This document shows positions 23,341 to 35,421 of a DNA stretch of 64,000 nt, piece after piece. The notes beneath the pieces were generated by a model, which ran no database searches, was not told where the DNA came from, and saw nothing but the letters and a program-made list of their open reading frames with translations. Made by a program: the position numbers and the translations under genes. The number at the start of each line of letters is the position of its first letter. The first letter of the stretch is position 1. Source of the stretch: Rhynchopus sp. YZ270_cl-10 (Eukaryota); NCBI GenBank assembly GCA_964035575.1, contig OZ037837.1, positions 434,001-498,000 on the forward strand. Reading direction: 5' to 3'.

Positions 23341-26300
23341 TCATCCGTGAGGGTTTGTCAGAAGTATCTGTCTTGCACGTCTGGGCTCCACCGTATCAGT
23401 GTTGCATCGCAACGCTCGCGGCACTGCGGGAGGTGCGCGTATCACTCTCTTCAGCCTTGTCTTCCCGTCGGACGCAGATAGGGCCATGTTCCACACTCGT
23501 ATAGTTGTGTCGTAGCATCCGCACACCACTTCACGCCCGTTGGGATTCACAGCAACACTGCACAGCGCAGCGCAGTGTCCTTGTATCGCTGACACCTCCT
23601 CGCCAGTGGTGATGCTCCACACACGCACCACACCACCCCCTGCGCACGACACCACATGAACTCCATCAGGTGTCACAGCAACCCCGTTCACGGCGGATGA
23701 ATGCCCTTCCAAGCTGAGCACCTCCTCGCTGTCTACGTGCCACACCCACACCGCCCCGTCATACGAGCATGAAACAAGATGCATCCCATCCGGACTCACA
23801 GCCACATCATAGACGCCAGACGTATGTCCTTCGAACACTCTTTTCTGTTCTCCGGTGTGAAGTGTCCACAGACGCACGGTATCATCGTCAGAGACGGAGG
23901 CCACATGCAATCCGTCGGGGGTCGCAACCACGCCATTAATAACGCCGGTGTGCCCTTTGAACACAGCCACCTCCTTCCCAGTCGACATGCTCCACACACA
24001 GACGGTGTTGTCGTCGGACCCTGAGATGACGTGGGATTCATCAGGGGACACAGCGAGGCAGCGCAGTGCTGCAGTGTGCACCAAGGTGCTGTGCTCTGCG
24101 CAGAAGGGCACTGCTTTGCCCGTCTGGATGCTCCACATGCGCACGGTCTTATCAGCAGAGCAGGATACGACGTGGGCGCCATTCGCAAGCAGAGCCACAC
24201 CGGAGACGTCACCTGTGTGGCCTTCAAACACCTGTGTCTGCTTGCCGGTGGCTGGGTTCCACATGCACACTCTATTGTCGCCGCATGAAACAATCGCACC
24301 GTCCGCAGCCACTGCAACACCCGACACTGCACTCGAATGCCCTTCAATGCCCAGCGCCTCCTTCCCGGTCTTGATATTCCACAGACGCACAGTCTTGTCC
24401 TTCGAGCAAGACGCCACGTGGCATCCATCTGGTGTTATTGCAACCTCATTCACAAGCTCCTTGTGTCCTTCGAAGGACCGCACCTGTTTCCCGGTTGCCA
24501 CATTCCACACGCAAACACCGTAGCTGGCTACTGCCGCAGCATTACTCCCCGTGACCACGTGGCATCCATCCGGTGCGACCGTTACAGACTGAAGCGGTGC
24601 TTTGCCACGGAACACCATGACCTCAGCACCAGTGGAGAGGGACCACAGACGCGCTGTTCTGTCATGGGAGCATGACACCATGTGGCAGCCATCAGGGGTC
24701 ACTGCGAGCCCCGACACGTCGCCCTCGTGGCCCTCCAGTACCATTTCCAGCCTTCCCGTGAGCAGATCCCATACGCGCAGCACACTGCCTGAGGAGGACA
24801 TAATTTGTCTCCCATCGGTCGAGACAACCACTTTGGATACGTTAGGCGACTCTATGACGAGGTTTCCTTCCGTGCCAGTGGAGAGCTCCCATACACGTAT
24901 GGTGTTGTCCTCAGAGCAAGACACCACCTTGGCACTGTCGGGGGTGGCGACGACATCTGTCACTGGCGCGCTGTGTCCTTCCAAGACAAAGACTGACTTC
25001 CCAGTGTGCACATCCCACACACGCACAGTCGTGTCTTCCGATGCGCACACCATGTAGGCCCCGTCGGGTGTCACTGCTACTGCAGACGCGGTTCGTGAAT
25101 GGCCTTCTAAGGGCGTCACTTGCTCCCCAGACGCCATGTTCCACACACATACAGTGTCCAAAGCTATTGTTGTGGTGGGCAGATCTCGGGGAAGTGCTGT
25201 CCGGGGTGCTAAACGTGACAGTGCTGGTATTAGTGGTGCTGTGGTGTCTGCAGTGTCCTGTGCGCTGTCCTCTCCAGGCTCAGAAGCATCGTCACCGGCA
25301 GGTGCCTTCTCACCAGAACCTTCGCAACCTGTAAGGATGTGAGATCCATCAGGTGTCACTGTCACACAGTTGACGCATCTATCGTTCTGCAGCATAGGCA
25401 GTGGTGTGCCAAGGGAGCAGTCAGGCAGCATCGTGCCGCCCATGTCGCAGGTGTGGAACTCAGTGTGCTCCAGCCAGCAGTTCGAGAAGGAAGCGCCTCT
25501 GAGCACCGTGTCCACGAAGAGAGACCCACGCAGGTCGCAGTTCTCCACACAGATCCCGCTCAGGTCCTCGCCGCTCACAGGTATGCCGGCGCGTGCCAGC
25601 AGTGCTGCTGCATTCGACCCTGCTGTCACAGTAACTTCATCTGCAATTGAAAAGGGACCTCCTCGTGTGGCATGTACAGCCGCAAGCAGCTCTGTGCACG
25701 CATGCTCACACACCACATCATCTGCCCACACCAGCGCCGCAAAGAACCCAAGCACACGCTGCGAGTCCTTGCTGAAGCTCCGCTGCACCAGCGTCCCCAG
25801 TGTCCCTGCTGGATCACGTGCAAGCCGCCGTGCTGCAAGGTGCTCCCCAAGCGACTTGTGCCGAAACGTAAACGCACTCCGCTCCTCCCCAAAGTCCTCA
25901 ATCCGGAACGGCAGGCAGCGGAAGCACGCATCCCGCACAGCCTCAGACAGACCGTGCTGCGACACAAGACTCTGAGATGCCACACCCACAGTCCCCTGCC
26001 ACTCATTTACATCCAGCATCCTGCATGCAACAAGCTCCCCTGCACGCACCACTTCCTCCAAAGACAGATCTTCAGCACCAGACCCACACGCAGACGCCAT
26101 CTCCTTCTTCGTCCACGTCTGCAGGTAGGCCTCGTAGATCACCTCCTCAGAAGCCTTCCCGCTGCACTGTGCGTGGCACGCCATGTGCAGCATAAATGGG
26201 TTCCGCAGCAGCACAAGTCCCTCAACGTCTTCTTCACGCACGAAGACAGTGCGCTCTCCCTTGTCAGATCCATCATCCTTCTTGGCCTTGTTGGCTTGCT

Positions 26301-28638
26301 CCAGCGTTCTCTTTCTGTACTCCTTCTCCCAGGCTGTGTTCGCACGCTTGATGTACGTTCTCGCATCCACCTCTGTGAACGGCTGCATGTACAGAGCACG
26401 CACACCAGCCCCACACACACCAGACGGAGACGCGTCCACGCTCTTCAGGTACTCACCACGCACGGTCACAACAACGCTGCAGTGTGCCTCCACCCACGGG
26501 TGCCGGCACAGAAGCCCACCCTCAGCCACCACAGCACGTACATCTTCCTGCGTCAGCCCCACCTCGTCCAGCGAGTCCAGCACCAGCACCACCTCGTACG
26601 TCTCCGCAAGGTACGCACGGTCCGCCTCCCTCAGCGCAAACGACTCCAGCACAAACCTGTCCAGCCCTCCCTTCTCAAGCAGGTGCTGCTTCACAGTCGG
26701 CAGTGCCACAAACACAGGGAAGTACGGCTTCGCATCTCCATCTTGGGTGCTGTCGCTGTCCTTCTTCCTCGCAGAGGTTGCAAGGTCGCTCAGGATTGCA
26801 ATCGAAGCAGACGTCTTCCCGCTCCCTCCTTCTCCGATCACACACATGGTGCCGCACAATTCATCTGCTTGTTCCTCCTGAGCAGTTTCTGTTATCGCAC
26901 CCGTACACTCGTCAAGGTTCTTGTCTGTGTCCGTGCCCACTGCTTCCTGTGTGGTCTGCTTCCCACCTCCTCCCGCACGTGCACGAAGCCACCTCTGCAC
27001 CTCCTCCAACAGCGGACGTGTCTCCGACTCATCCACACGTGTGTCGTCCCCCACTCGTCCTTCCACGTACTGTGTGAGGTAGTCCTCGAAGAACTCGACG
27101 GTGTGTCCCATCACCTCCTGCAGCGCACCCACCTGCTCAGCCGCAGTCGTCTCTAGACCCGTACACACCTCCTGCATCACAATCACGTCAAAGCGCAGCC
27201 CCATCATCCGCAGCAGCGTCGGCGAAAGCTTCCACTGCACCCGGTACTCGATGTTCGCTGTGTACAGCAGCTCGTCCTCCGAAGCATACACAGATGAGAA
27301 CTTCACGTCTGCAGCACCCTCCTTCGCCACCACCACAAAGAACGTGCCCCCCTTCCCGTACATGAAGCTCTGAGCCACATCCCGCTTCAGTGTTGTCGAC
27401 GTGAAGCAGTTCCACACAATGTGCGTCCCCAACGCGTACTTCGCAGACACGTTCACATTGATCCCACGGAACACAGTCCGCAGCTGCTTCCGACGGCTCC
27501 CAATCAGCCGGTCCAGACCACGGATCAGCGGTGCAAAGGTCGCAATCACATGCAGCTGCGGGGGTGCAGGTGATAACTCAAACACGTTCGGTGCTGCCGT
27601 CCCCTTCCACTCCTTCACCAGAGGCAGCCACCCCACAGCACGCATCGCAGTGTTCATCGTCATGTACAGCGCAAGCGACTGTGAATCAGCGGCACTTCCG
27701 TGGTTGTCCAGCACAGTCCGTTCAGTCAACCTGTTGTACCGCAGCTTCCCATCTTCCCCTTTCGCAATCTGTGGTGTCCCGTGCTCATCACACACAACAT
27801 CCCCGCCGCTGTCCAGCACATACTCCACACAGTCAGATGTGAACAGGACCCCCGACAGCAGCAGCTCAAACGGGTCGCGTGCCGCCATCCAGTCATCCAC
27901 CTCCACGTGTCCACGTGTCCCCGCAGCCTCCCTCCGTCTTCTGATGTCCTCCAGCAGACGCTTGCACACCACACGGAACCCCGCCTCTATATGCCGCACG
28001 TGTTCGTTTGTGTAGCCCAACGGCGGATCCACCTTTGGCAGACCACGCAACCAGCACAGCAGGTCTTGACCTCCACTGCTGTTGTTGCTGCTTGTGTGGT
28101 TCTCCTCCTTCCGCAGCCACTCCACCTTCCGTCCGTCTGTGCGCCGCAGTGCACCCGTGTCCCCGTCAAGATCGTCCTCTCCCAGCTGTCTGTCTCCATT
28201 CGAAGCGTTCGTGTTTTCCTCCTTTCCGTCTGTGTGAGTGTCAGTAAGAGGTGCCGTCGTTGCATCTCCACCGCTCCGTTCCACCGCCACACCTGCCGTT
28301 GTTGTCGCAACACCGTCAGTGAGGTACACCTGCACAGCATCCTCCACCTCACCAAGGATCTCTCTTGCATGCGCCCCCAGCTCCGCCTCAAGTCGCCCCC
28401 GCACATCCGCGTCCCTGTGCTGCAGTGCGTACCACAGCGGCACCTTCCCGTCCCTGTCACGCACGTTCCCTGCACCGTTCTCCACAAGAAACCGCACTGC
28501 CTCCACATCCCCCGCAATCACGGCGCTGTGCAGCATTGTCCTCCCGTCCACGCTGTCCACTGCGTCCACGGGCCTCTCCTTCCCTGTAATTTCCTTTGCA
28601 ATCTCGTCCTTTTCAGGATTCGACGCCCCTGATCCCAT
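23341..28638 (-). CDS. NLR-like STAND protein: myristoylation motif, ankyrin, ADP-ribosyltransferase, NACHT, pentapeptide repeats, WD40 (~1765 aa)
   Basis: ATG at 28638 (MGSGAS); ankyrin DGRTMLHSAV..VRFLVENGA; ART triad VFRG / FTSTT / EDELL; Walker A GEGGSGKT; Walker B LVLDSLDE; FRHKSLGEHLAA; pentapeptides EDLSG..CDLRG; about 14 GH..W[DNS] repeats. Confidence 0.9.
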   Translation of the reverse strand: MGSGASNPEKDEIAKEITGKERPVDAVDSVDGRTMLHSAVIAGDVEAVRFLVENGAGNVRDRDGKVPLWYALQHRDADVRGRLEAELGAHAREILGEVEDAVQVYLTDGVATTTAGVAVERSGGDATTAPLTDTHTDGKEENTNASNGDRQLGEDDLDGDTGALRRTDGRKVEWLRKEENHTSSNNSSGGQDLLCWLRGLPKVDPPLGYTNEHVRHIEAGFRVVCKRLLEDIRRRREAAGTRGHVEVDDWMAARDPFELLLSGVLFTSDCVEYVLDSGGDVVCDEHGTPQIAKGEDGKLRYNRLTERTVLDNHGSAADSQSLALYMTMNTAMRAVGWLPLVKEWKGTAAPNVFELSPAPPQLHVIATFAPLIRGLDRLIGSRRKQLRTVFRGINVNVSAKYALGTHIVWNCFTSTTLKRDVAQSFMYGKGGTFFVVVAKEGAADVKFSSVYASEDELLYTANIEYRVQWKLSPTLLRMMGLRFDVIVMQEVCTGLETTAAEQVGALQEVMGHTVEFFEDYLTQYVEGRVGDDTRVDESETRPLLEEVQRWLRARAGGGGKQTTQEAVGTDTDKNLDECTGAITETAQEEQADELCGTMCVIGEGGSGKTSASIAILSDLATSARKKDSDSTQDGDAKPYFPVFVALPTVKQHLLEKGGLDRFVLESFALREADRAYLAETYEVVLVLDSLDEVGLTQEDVRAVVAEGGLLCRHPWVEAHCSVVVTVRGEYLKSVDASPSGVCGAGVRALYMQPFTEVDARTYIKRANTAWEKEYRKRTLEQANKAKKDDGSDKGERTVFVREEDVEGLVLLRNPFMLHMACHAQCSGKASEEVIYEAYLQTWTKKEMASACGSGAEDLSLEEVVRAGELVACRMLDVNEWQGTVGVASQSLVSQHGLSEAVRDACFRCLPFRIEDFGEERSAFTFRHKSLGEHLAARRLARDPAGTLGTLVQRSFSKDSQRVLGFFAALVWADDVVCEHACTELLAAVHATRGGPFSIADEVTVTAGSNAAALLARAGIPVSGEDLSGICVENCDLRGSLFVDTVLRGASFSNCWLEHTEFHTCDMGGTMLPDCSLGTPLPMLQNDRCVNCVTVTPDGSHILTGCEGSGEKAPAGDDASEPGEDSAQDTADTTAPLIPALSRLAPRTALPRDLPTTTIALDTVCVWNMASGEQVTPLEGHSRTASAVAVTPDGAYMVCASEDTTVRVWDVHTGKSVFVLEGHSAPVTDVVATPDSAKVVSCSEDNTIRVWELSTGTEGNLVIESPNVSKVVVSTDGRQIMSSSGSVLRVWDLLTGRLEMVLEGHEGDVSGLAVTPDGCHMVSCSHDRTARLWSLSTGAEVMVFRGKAPLQSVTVAPDGCHVVTGSNAAAVASYGVCVWNVATGKQVRSFEGHKELVNEVAITPDGCHVASCSKDKTVRLWNIKTGKEALGIEGHSSAVSGVAVAADGAIVSCGDNRVCMWNPATGKQTQVFEGHTGDVSGVALLANGAHVVSCSADKTVRMWSIQTGKAVPFCAEHSTLVHTAALRCLAVSPDESHVISGSDDNTVCVWSMSTGKEVAVFKGHTGVINGVVATPDGLHVASVSDDDTVRLWTLHTGEQKRVFEGHTSGVYDVAVSPDGMHLVSCSYDGAVWVWHVDSEEVLSLEGHSSAVNGVAVTPDGVHVVSCAGGGVVRVWSITTGEEVSAIQGHCAALCSVAVNPNGREVVCGCYDTTIRVWNMALSASDGKTRLKRVIRAPPAVPRALRCNTDTVEPRRARQILLTNPHG

Positions 28639-29134
28639 TTTGCCGACGTGCGACCACGGCAGAGCAGCCTGCAATCCGCTCGAGAAAGCTTCTTTTTATT
28701 ACACCACACTGCACGCAGCCTCGTCTTGTACAACACACCCTTCGCGGTTGCCTCAGTTCAGTTAGCACCGTACGGAAAAAACAAAGTGTAGTTATTAGTC
28801 ACACCTCCTACTGACCCACGCTGCCCCCCGGATAAAAGCACAAGCACAATACACCTGTAAATGACTGACGTTTGCAATGTATGTATTTTCAGTCTGGGGA
28901 TAACTCCGTGGGTTTTGCTGTGCAGAAAACTGTCACGTCACAGCAGAACTACCCACCAAACCCCCGCAGGAAACACTGCGATGGCTGTGTAGAGGGGTAA
29001 GGAAGAGGGAGTGCTGTGTATAGTCTGTGTGTTGTTCAGTGAAAAGGGGTGGTGGCGGCAGTGGCGGTGGTGAGACGAAGTGTGGGTCTATGGCACGGCA
29101 ACAACAAAATAATGCAGGGAATCATCAAGATCCT

Positions 29135-29262
29135 ATTTTTCCTTCCTTCAAAACTACACACACAACGCTTTTGGTTTTTTGGGAGACACACAAGGTGCCA
29201 GGTTCTATGATATGCACGGAACCACCCTGCACCTGTTTGTCATATTGTTTCGCTCTCGAAAC
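29135..29262. repeat. Dispersed repeat family A (partial copy)
   Basis: TTCCTTCCTTCAAAAC..GGGAGACACACAAGGTGCCAGGTTCTATGATA..; other copies at 35422, 37607, 49073 and 62580. Confidence 0.85.
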
Positions 29263-29622
29263 TCGTGACAAATTTCTGGGTTTATCTGTGGATTTCTGGG
29301 ATTATCACTGATTGGTTTGCTATTGGAGGAACCGACGAAATGCGTCGCACAGTAAAACTAAAACTGAGGGAGGGGAGGAGTGAAATATAAAAGAAAACGA
29401 ATTTCTGTCGTGGGTTTGGGTTGAAGGCAGATCTTTTTTTTCTCTCTCATTTCGACGGGAGGGTTGCGTAACGATGAAAGTGGAGGTGGGGTGGGTGGGG
29501 AAATGTCATTTATTGTTGCGCCTGAAAAAATTTTTTTTGTTGTGTCGGGTGTAAAGCAGTAAGACAGAGAAAGATTGACACCATTCTCTTTTTATTCAGA
29601 TAAATTTAATTCTCTGTTTTTT

Positions 29623-30925
29623 GAAAACTTGGTTGTTTTAGTGTAGACACCCGAAGATGAACTCCACTATACTACACGCGTCCATGCAATGCTCATGGCG
29701 GTCGTCGTCGTCCAGTCTCGATTGGGCGGCGGCGGCGGCACTGGCTTCCTGGCTGCAGTCAACCCACGGTCGGGTGGGGGCGGCGGCGGCGGCGGGGGCG
29801 GCGCCGGGGCTGCAAGTATACGTATTATACGTATAATACGTTCCAACGTATATATACGTTGGGCTGGGGGAGGAAAAAGCTAAATATACGTTACCTATAC
29901 GTTGCCCTTTGTTGTACTGTACCAGTCCCCTATGCGACGGGGGTTATCCCGGAATAAGCGCACTTCGAGAATGGCATCTCCAAGTGCCCGGGTCTCACCC
30001 TCTCCACAAAACGGAAGAGGAACACACATAGTGCTTGAGGAGTTGGGGAGCAGCAGTGCACCGGCAGCAGAAGAAGGCGAAGACCTCCGCAAAGGGGGCA
30101 ACAGAGGTTGTCACCGGGCCTCTTGACGCTCATGTGCAGAGAACAATGATGGGTGCCCACGAAGCTGACCGCGTGATTGCCTCATGGTTGTTCTACACAG
30201 GACAACCCTGGACACCTCCTCTTCTGAGAGGATTCAGGAGATGATCGACACCGTGCGTCGGTTGCCGCCGCAGGCGGAGTACAAGGTGCCCCGACGGGAC
30301 AAAGTCTCGGGGGTTTTGCTCGATGACGAGCACCGCTTTTTTGCTGTAGGAAATGGGTGCAACGTATAGATAGCGTATAACGTATATTTGAACGTATATA
30401 TACGTAGCGTATATATACGTTCAAAAAGTGCCCGAGGTACGTATATATACAGCCCCGGGCGGCGGGGGCTTGTTCTTCAGCGCCTTGTGAGGCGTCTTGA
30501 CCTTCCCACCGGTGGTGCATGTCATGGTGGGGGTCGCTGTTGTGGTGGCTCCTGCGGGGAAGCAGGCGCCGGGTGTCTCGTCTTCGGTGCAAGTCGCTGC
30601 TGCTGCTCGCACCAACATCGCAAGCGCTACGGCCCGCGGTGTCTCGTCATGTGGCGGTTGCACCGCCGTTTCCTCTTCTGCTACTTCTATCGTGAGCTGC
30701 GAGATCAGCCCCGATAGAGTGCATGCAGCTGACACCAGGTCGGCCGCAGCACACCACTTTTCCTCAGTCACCGCCTCATCCATCATAGCCCGCGACTGAG
30801 CAATCGCCATATCATATCTCCTTAAAAGGAGAGTCATATTTGCGTGTAGTATGGTGGGAGAGGGCGAACCCCCTCCCTTCCTCCTGTATGGGGGACTCCA
30901 CTGGTGGGGACCAATGAAGTACAGA
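29623..30925 (-). mobile_element. Non-autonomous retroposed element with SL-like 5' end and LINE-shared 3' tail
   Basis: Minus strand starts TCTGTACTTCATTG. Its last 50 nt match 32228-32277 at 48/50. CTGTTTTTT flanks both sides (29614-29622, 30926-30934). Confidence 0.65.
29804..30457 (+). mobile_element. Internally deleted hAT element with TATACGT subterminal repeats
   Basis: Ends CGGGGCTG and CAGCCCCG with GGCGGCG on both sides. Contains a frameshifted hAT-like fragment ADRVIASWLFYTGQPW..IQEMIDTVRRL..YKVPRRDKVSGVLLD (30100-30335). Confidence 0.7.
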
Positions 30926-32212
30926 CTGTTTTTTTTTTTCATTTCTGGTCACTCCTGCATGAACTTCTTCGGGTTGCCTGCCACAGTTTTTTTTGATAAA
31001 TTGTTGGAGTAGTATAGTTGCCTTGGTTGTGTTGCCACAGTTTTGTGCAAATCTCCACTTTTCATTCAACTTTTTTTCTCTCTTTTTTTTTTCTTTTTTC
31101 TTTTTCTTTCTAATCAAAACGCAACATTTGACCATAAAACCCTGGCCCCAACTTTCTTTGTAAAAAAACTTGATCGTGATCTGTGGTCACCCGTGGACGC
31201 TCAAATCAACGAAGACCGGATGTCAGCTAAAGTGATGAGGAGTAGCAAAACAACTTGTGTGCGTGTGTGTGTCGCAAATTTTTTTTCTTATTTTGTATGT
31301 TCCCCAGGGGAGTTTAAAAGTTTGGATTTTTTCAAAAAAATCGGTTTGAGGTAAAAAATCGGTTTGGGCAAAAAAAAGCGAATTCCGAGCTTTCTCGCCC
31401 CCCCACGGGCCCCACCCCCCACCCTTCATCCCTTAACAACTTTTTTCGATTTCTGTTCCTTTTTAAAAAATTTTCTTACAAAAAGTAAATTTTTGAGGCG
31501 GGTTGTAAATAGCAAGAATTTAGTTTTGCTGATCATTAACGCTCCCTCTTGATGGTGGTTGATGTACGCAAAGATCTGAACAGAAACGAACAGGCACCCA
31601 CGAACAGAACGCAACGAACGCATCCAACACAACTCAACCGATCTGAATGCATCGAACGGAACCCAAGCAACGCAACGAGTGGTTACAAACCGCAGCCCAC
31701 CTTCGGCACCCGCAAGTGCGTTTCCGGCGCCACATACACGGGTCTGGGCCCAAAAAAACCGGGTTTTGGGCTGAAACTCGTGGTTTTCGGTGAAAAACGC
31801 CCGTTTTGCCTTAAGGAACGCACGTTTCTAAAGCGTTTCCCACGTAAAATCGCGACACGAAAATAGGAATTAAAAACAAATCTCTCAGAAAACTGTATTC
31901 TAAATACCTCATTTTTGCCCAATCTTTCCAACGTCGAAAAAATCTTACACTTTGGTGCCTCTGCGTGAAATGTCGATTTTTGGTGGAACCCGTATGGGGG
32001 GGTGTAGGTACAGGGTGCGTAGCAAAAGCAACCTTAAGGGTTATCCCTCAGGGCCTCACTTCCCCCTTCCTCTCTCACTCATGTTTGGCTTCTCCGAGCT
32101 CCGTCCGTCAAATGGTGGGGTCACATTATCTGCAAAAACAGGATCTTTCTGGCCAGAAACCCTGTTACGAGGAAAAAATTTTTTTTTTCAAAAATCCAGA
32201 TTTTCCATAGCC

Positions 32213-33250
32213 TTTTTTTTTTTTTTTGAAAACTTGGTTGTATTAGTGTAGACACCCGAGGATGAACTCCACTATACAAAACGCTGTTAAGTAACCGCTG
32301 ATGGACACGATGATGATCTCTCCTGTGTGGCAGATGCCTCATTGATGACGTTTAAGTTGCTCCCCGCCGGTCCATCATCAGATGGGGGCGAAGCAGAAGT
32401 GGTGGGGGTGGGTGCGGTTTTTGTCCGCTTTTTTCTCTTTTGTTGCTCGGGGGGAGGCGAGCGTTTTCTTTTTGATTGGCGCCCTTTTGGGGCGGTAATG
32501 TCAGGCTCAGGGTCACCTGTGGGCGGTTCGTCGGGTACCGAAGTCGGTAGTTCAGGCGGCTCGGGTTCAGGGAGAACGGGAGGGGGCACGGTGGTGATAC
32601 GCCGCCTTGGCATTCCCCGTCGCGCAAGGCTTGTAGGGGTGGCAGGGCTGGCGGTGTTGCTGCGTAGGCGCCGTCGGGGCGAGGTCCACTGAGCGGCACG
32701 CGCAGTGATGGTGGTGTTGTAGGCGGGGAGGGGGCTGGTGCCCCAGTCACGGTCGGCGAGGCACCTGATGGATCGCGTCAGGTGCTTCACGATAATGGCG
32801 ATGCTGCCGGCGCAGAGTTTGGCACGTGGAGTGTGTCCGCCAGATACCGGAGGTGCACCGATAGGCCGCAGGCAGTACGCTATTTTCACTTTCCCTCCGG
32901 GAAGGGGGCAGTCCAGCTTGCTATCGGCGCAGTGCTTCCGGAGCCAACTGAGCCAGAGGGACATCACCTTCCCCCGCTCACGCACAGACAGGGCATGGGC
33001 GGTCTGTTTGCACCTTCGCAGCAAGATGCCCGAGAAAACCTCAAAGCTAATTCCCAGCTCGATGTTGCTGATGCAACTGTTGCTGTCCTCGGAAAATTCC
33101 AGAGATCTCAGCCACGCAAGAAAAGCGGTGTATCGCTCGGGGCCGTATTTCCACGACGAAGGCGCCCTCGAGGGGAACCGGTTCCAGTTAAAATCCACGG
33201 GAAGTGACGGGGTGTCCGCAGCCTTGTCCCAGGGGAGGCGGGCGGCCGAT
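32213..33250 (-). mobile_element. 5'-truncated non-LTR retrotransposon (LINE) 3' end with poly(A)
   Basis: ORF C-terminus with AFLAWLRSLEF..ISNIELGISFEVFSG and a Pro/basic tail, stop at 32287, short 3' UTR stem-loop, then A15 (T15 at 32213-32227). No RT domain is present. Confidence 0.6.
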
Positions 33251-35421
33251 TTCAGGAATTTTTTTTTTTTCAAAATCCTCCAGGGTATTAGGGTGAAAAT
33301 CCAAAATCCCGGAAAAAACTGGTTTTTCTGGTTTTCTCTCCTGGGCGGCAAAAACTAGTGTTTCTGGCGAAAACCTCCACCGTTGACGGACACAGTCACC
33401 CCTTTCGAGTTTTTCGGGGGTGGGGTCAGTGTCTTATCCAGGAATCCGATTTCAAAATATTTTTCGGCGCTGCTGACCCAGGGTAGACATTGGGAACATA
33501 GGGACTGCATTTTTTTGCGGAGCAAAAAAATAATATAAAATGGCGCCGCAGGCGAAAATTTTTTGAGGGTACGGTGTAAAAATCTAGCTTTTTACACCAC
33601 AGAGCCACTCAAACGAACCCTTTTTTACGGAGCAAAAAATGAAAAATGGCGCCGCAGGCAAAAAAAAATCAAGGAACAGCCATTTCCCAAAGGCACTCCC
33701 GTGGTTCAACCACGGTTCTACCAGGCGGGGAAAAAATGCGGGGAAAAAAATCGAGTCCTCCCCTGACATAATGTTCCCCCCTCGGGAAAAAACAAACAGC
33801 AGAGGCTGGTTAGCAAAATTAGCGAATTCATCAGCCTGATTTTATGTGTGGAATATTCGCAATTTGATGACACTGTGCATCATGTGATCTAAAAAAGGAG
33901 GGAGGAAACAGCTCGTAAAAATGATGCCAAGACTGAGGCTGATTTCGCATCAGCCTTTTTCTTTGCGGAAAAAAAAAAGTGAAAAAAGGGTGTGATCAAA
34001 ATCTTAATGTACACACACTTTGTTGATTCTAAAAACGGGGTGGGGAAAAAATCGCGAATAGAAAAAATGGGTGAGATATTGAAAAGTTGGAACGCTTCCT
34101 CACCCAGATCACACCCTTTTTTTTTTGAAAAAATATAAAAGATTCTCTCGAAATAGTTCGAGATTGAACTCAGAGAAAAATAAGAAGAAAAACCCCAAAC
34201 CCTCCCAGACCAAACGGTCTAACCTGTTGTATTGACATAGTGTGGGGGAGAAGTGAGGAGCACGAGAATCGTCTTCGCGTATACTAAAAGATTTCCTAAG
34301 ATATGTCACAAGTGTCATGTCCCCGAAAAAATAAAACTTTTTTAGATAGATATTCAGTCAAAAAAAAATGAAAACAAAAAAAAAGAGAGAGAAAGTTTTT
34401 TCGTTGATCGCTCGAATTAGTGTCCCTGGGTGAAATGAGTACGGGAGTCATTCGGCAAAGCACTATCTAAAAAAACAGAGTTTTATTTTTATATGACGAT
34501 TCTCGTATATTCAAGAAAATACATCGAGCAGAGTTGCTTGTAGTGTGATAATTGTCCATTACAATTTTCAATACACATTTTTTTTTTTGGCATGTTTAGA
34601 ACATGCCTCTCGTCTCTCATGCACACACATCAAATAACCAAATTGTTTTTGGAATGCATAATATGCTCTGGTGCCTTGGAGCACTGAAAAAGCAGCACCC
34701 AAGGCCAGGATACTTTACAAAACGACAAAAAACCCCATTTTTTTTTTTTTTTGAAAAATTGTTGGAGTAGTTGCCTCGGTTGTGTTACCACAGTTGTGCA
34801 ATCTCCATTTAAAAAAAAAAAATTTTACACAGACTACTTTGTGAGCGAAAAGTGCCACGTCGTTCACCCAACTGTGCCGCAACACCACTTACAGGTGTGG
34901 AGGCAGTGTGTGGAAGCGTCACTGCATCAAACAACCACAGAAAGCAAGAAAAAGGATGGGTGAGGGAACGGAAAGTGGCACGGTTGCCATATATATACCA
35001 TCTGAGGTGGTCGAAAATGTAATCTGTGGGGGTGGTGAAACAAAAAAACAAAACAGTAGCTAAAAAACGTGCTAAAACGCAGCTCGAGAAAAAGAAATCT
35101 TGGGGTGGGATACGCAAATAAACGAAGAAGAAAAAATGGGGGGGACTTTTGTAAAAAAAACAGAGAAAACGAAACTTTTATAAAAAAAACATATTGATCA
35201 GATCTCCACAGGTGTTCAAAAAAGAAGTTGAAATATTTAGCCAAGCCCGTACTGACACTGCTTTTTTTGAAAAAGGTTTTTTTTTGAAAAGTTTTAAACA
35301 TGCCACCATTGCGATAACAACTATATGTCAGTAGGGGCTTATAAAGGGGGGTAAATCCTGGCCACCTGACCAGGTTTTCATGCATGTAATCATAAACGCT
35401 CAATTTACGAAAACTGATTTT

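Noticed and set aside
33251..33351. N-terminus of ORF 32287-33351 as a real start
   Set aside because: It reads through AT-rich repeat sequence; only the downstream part looks coding.
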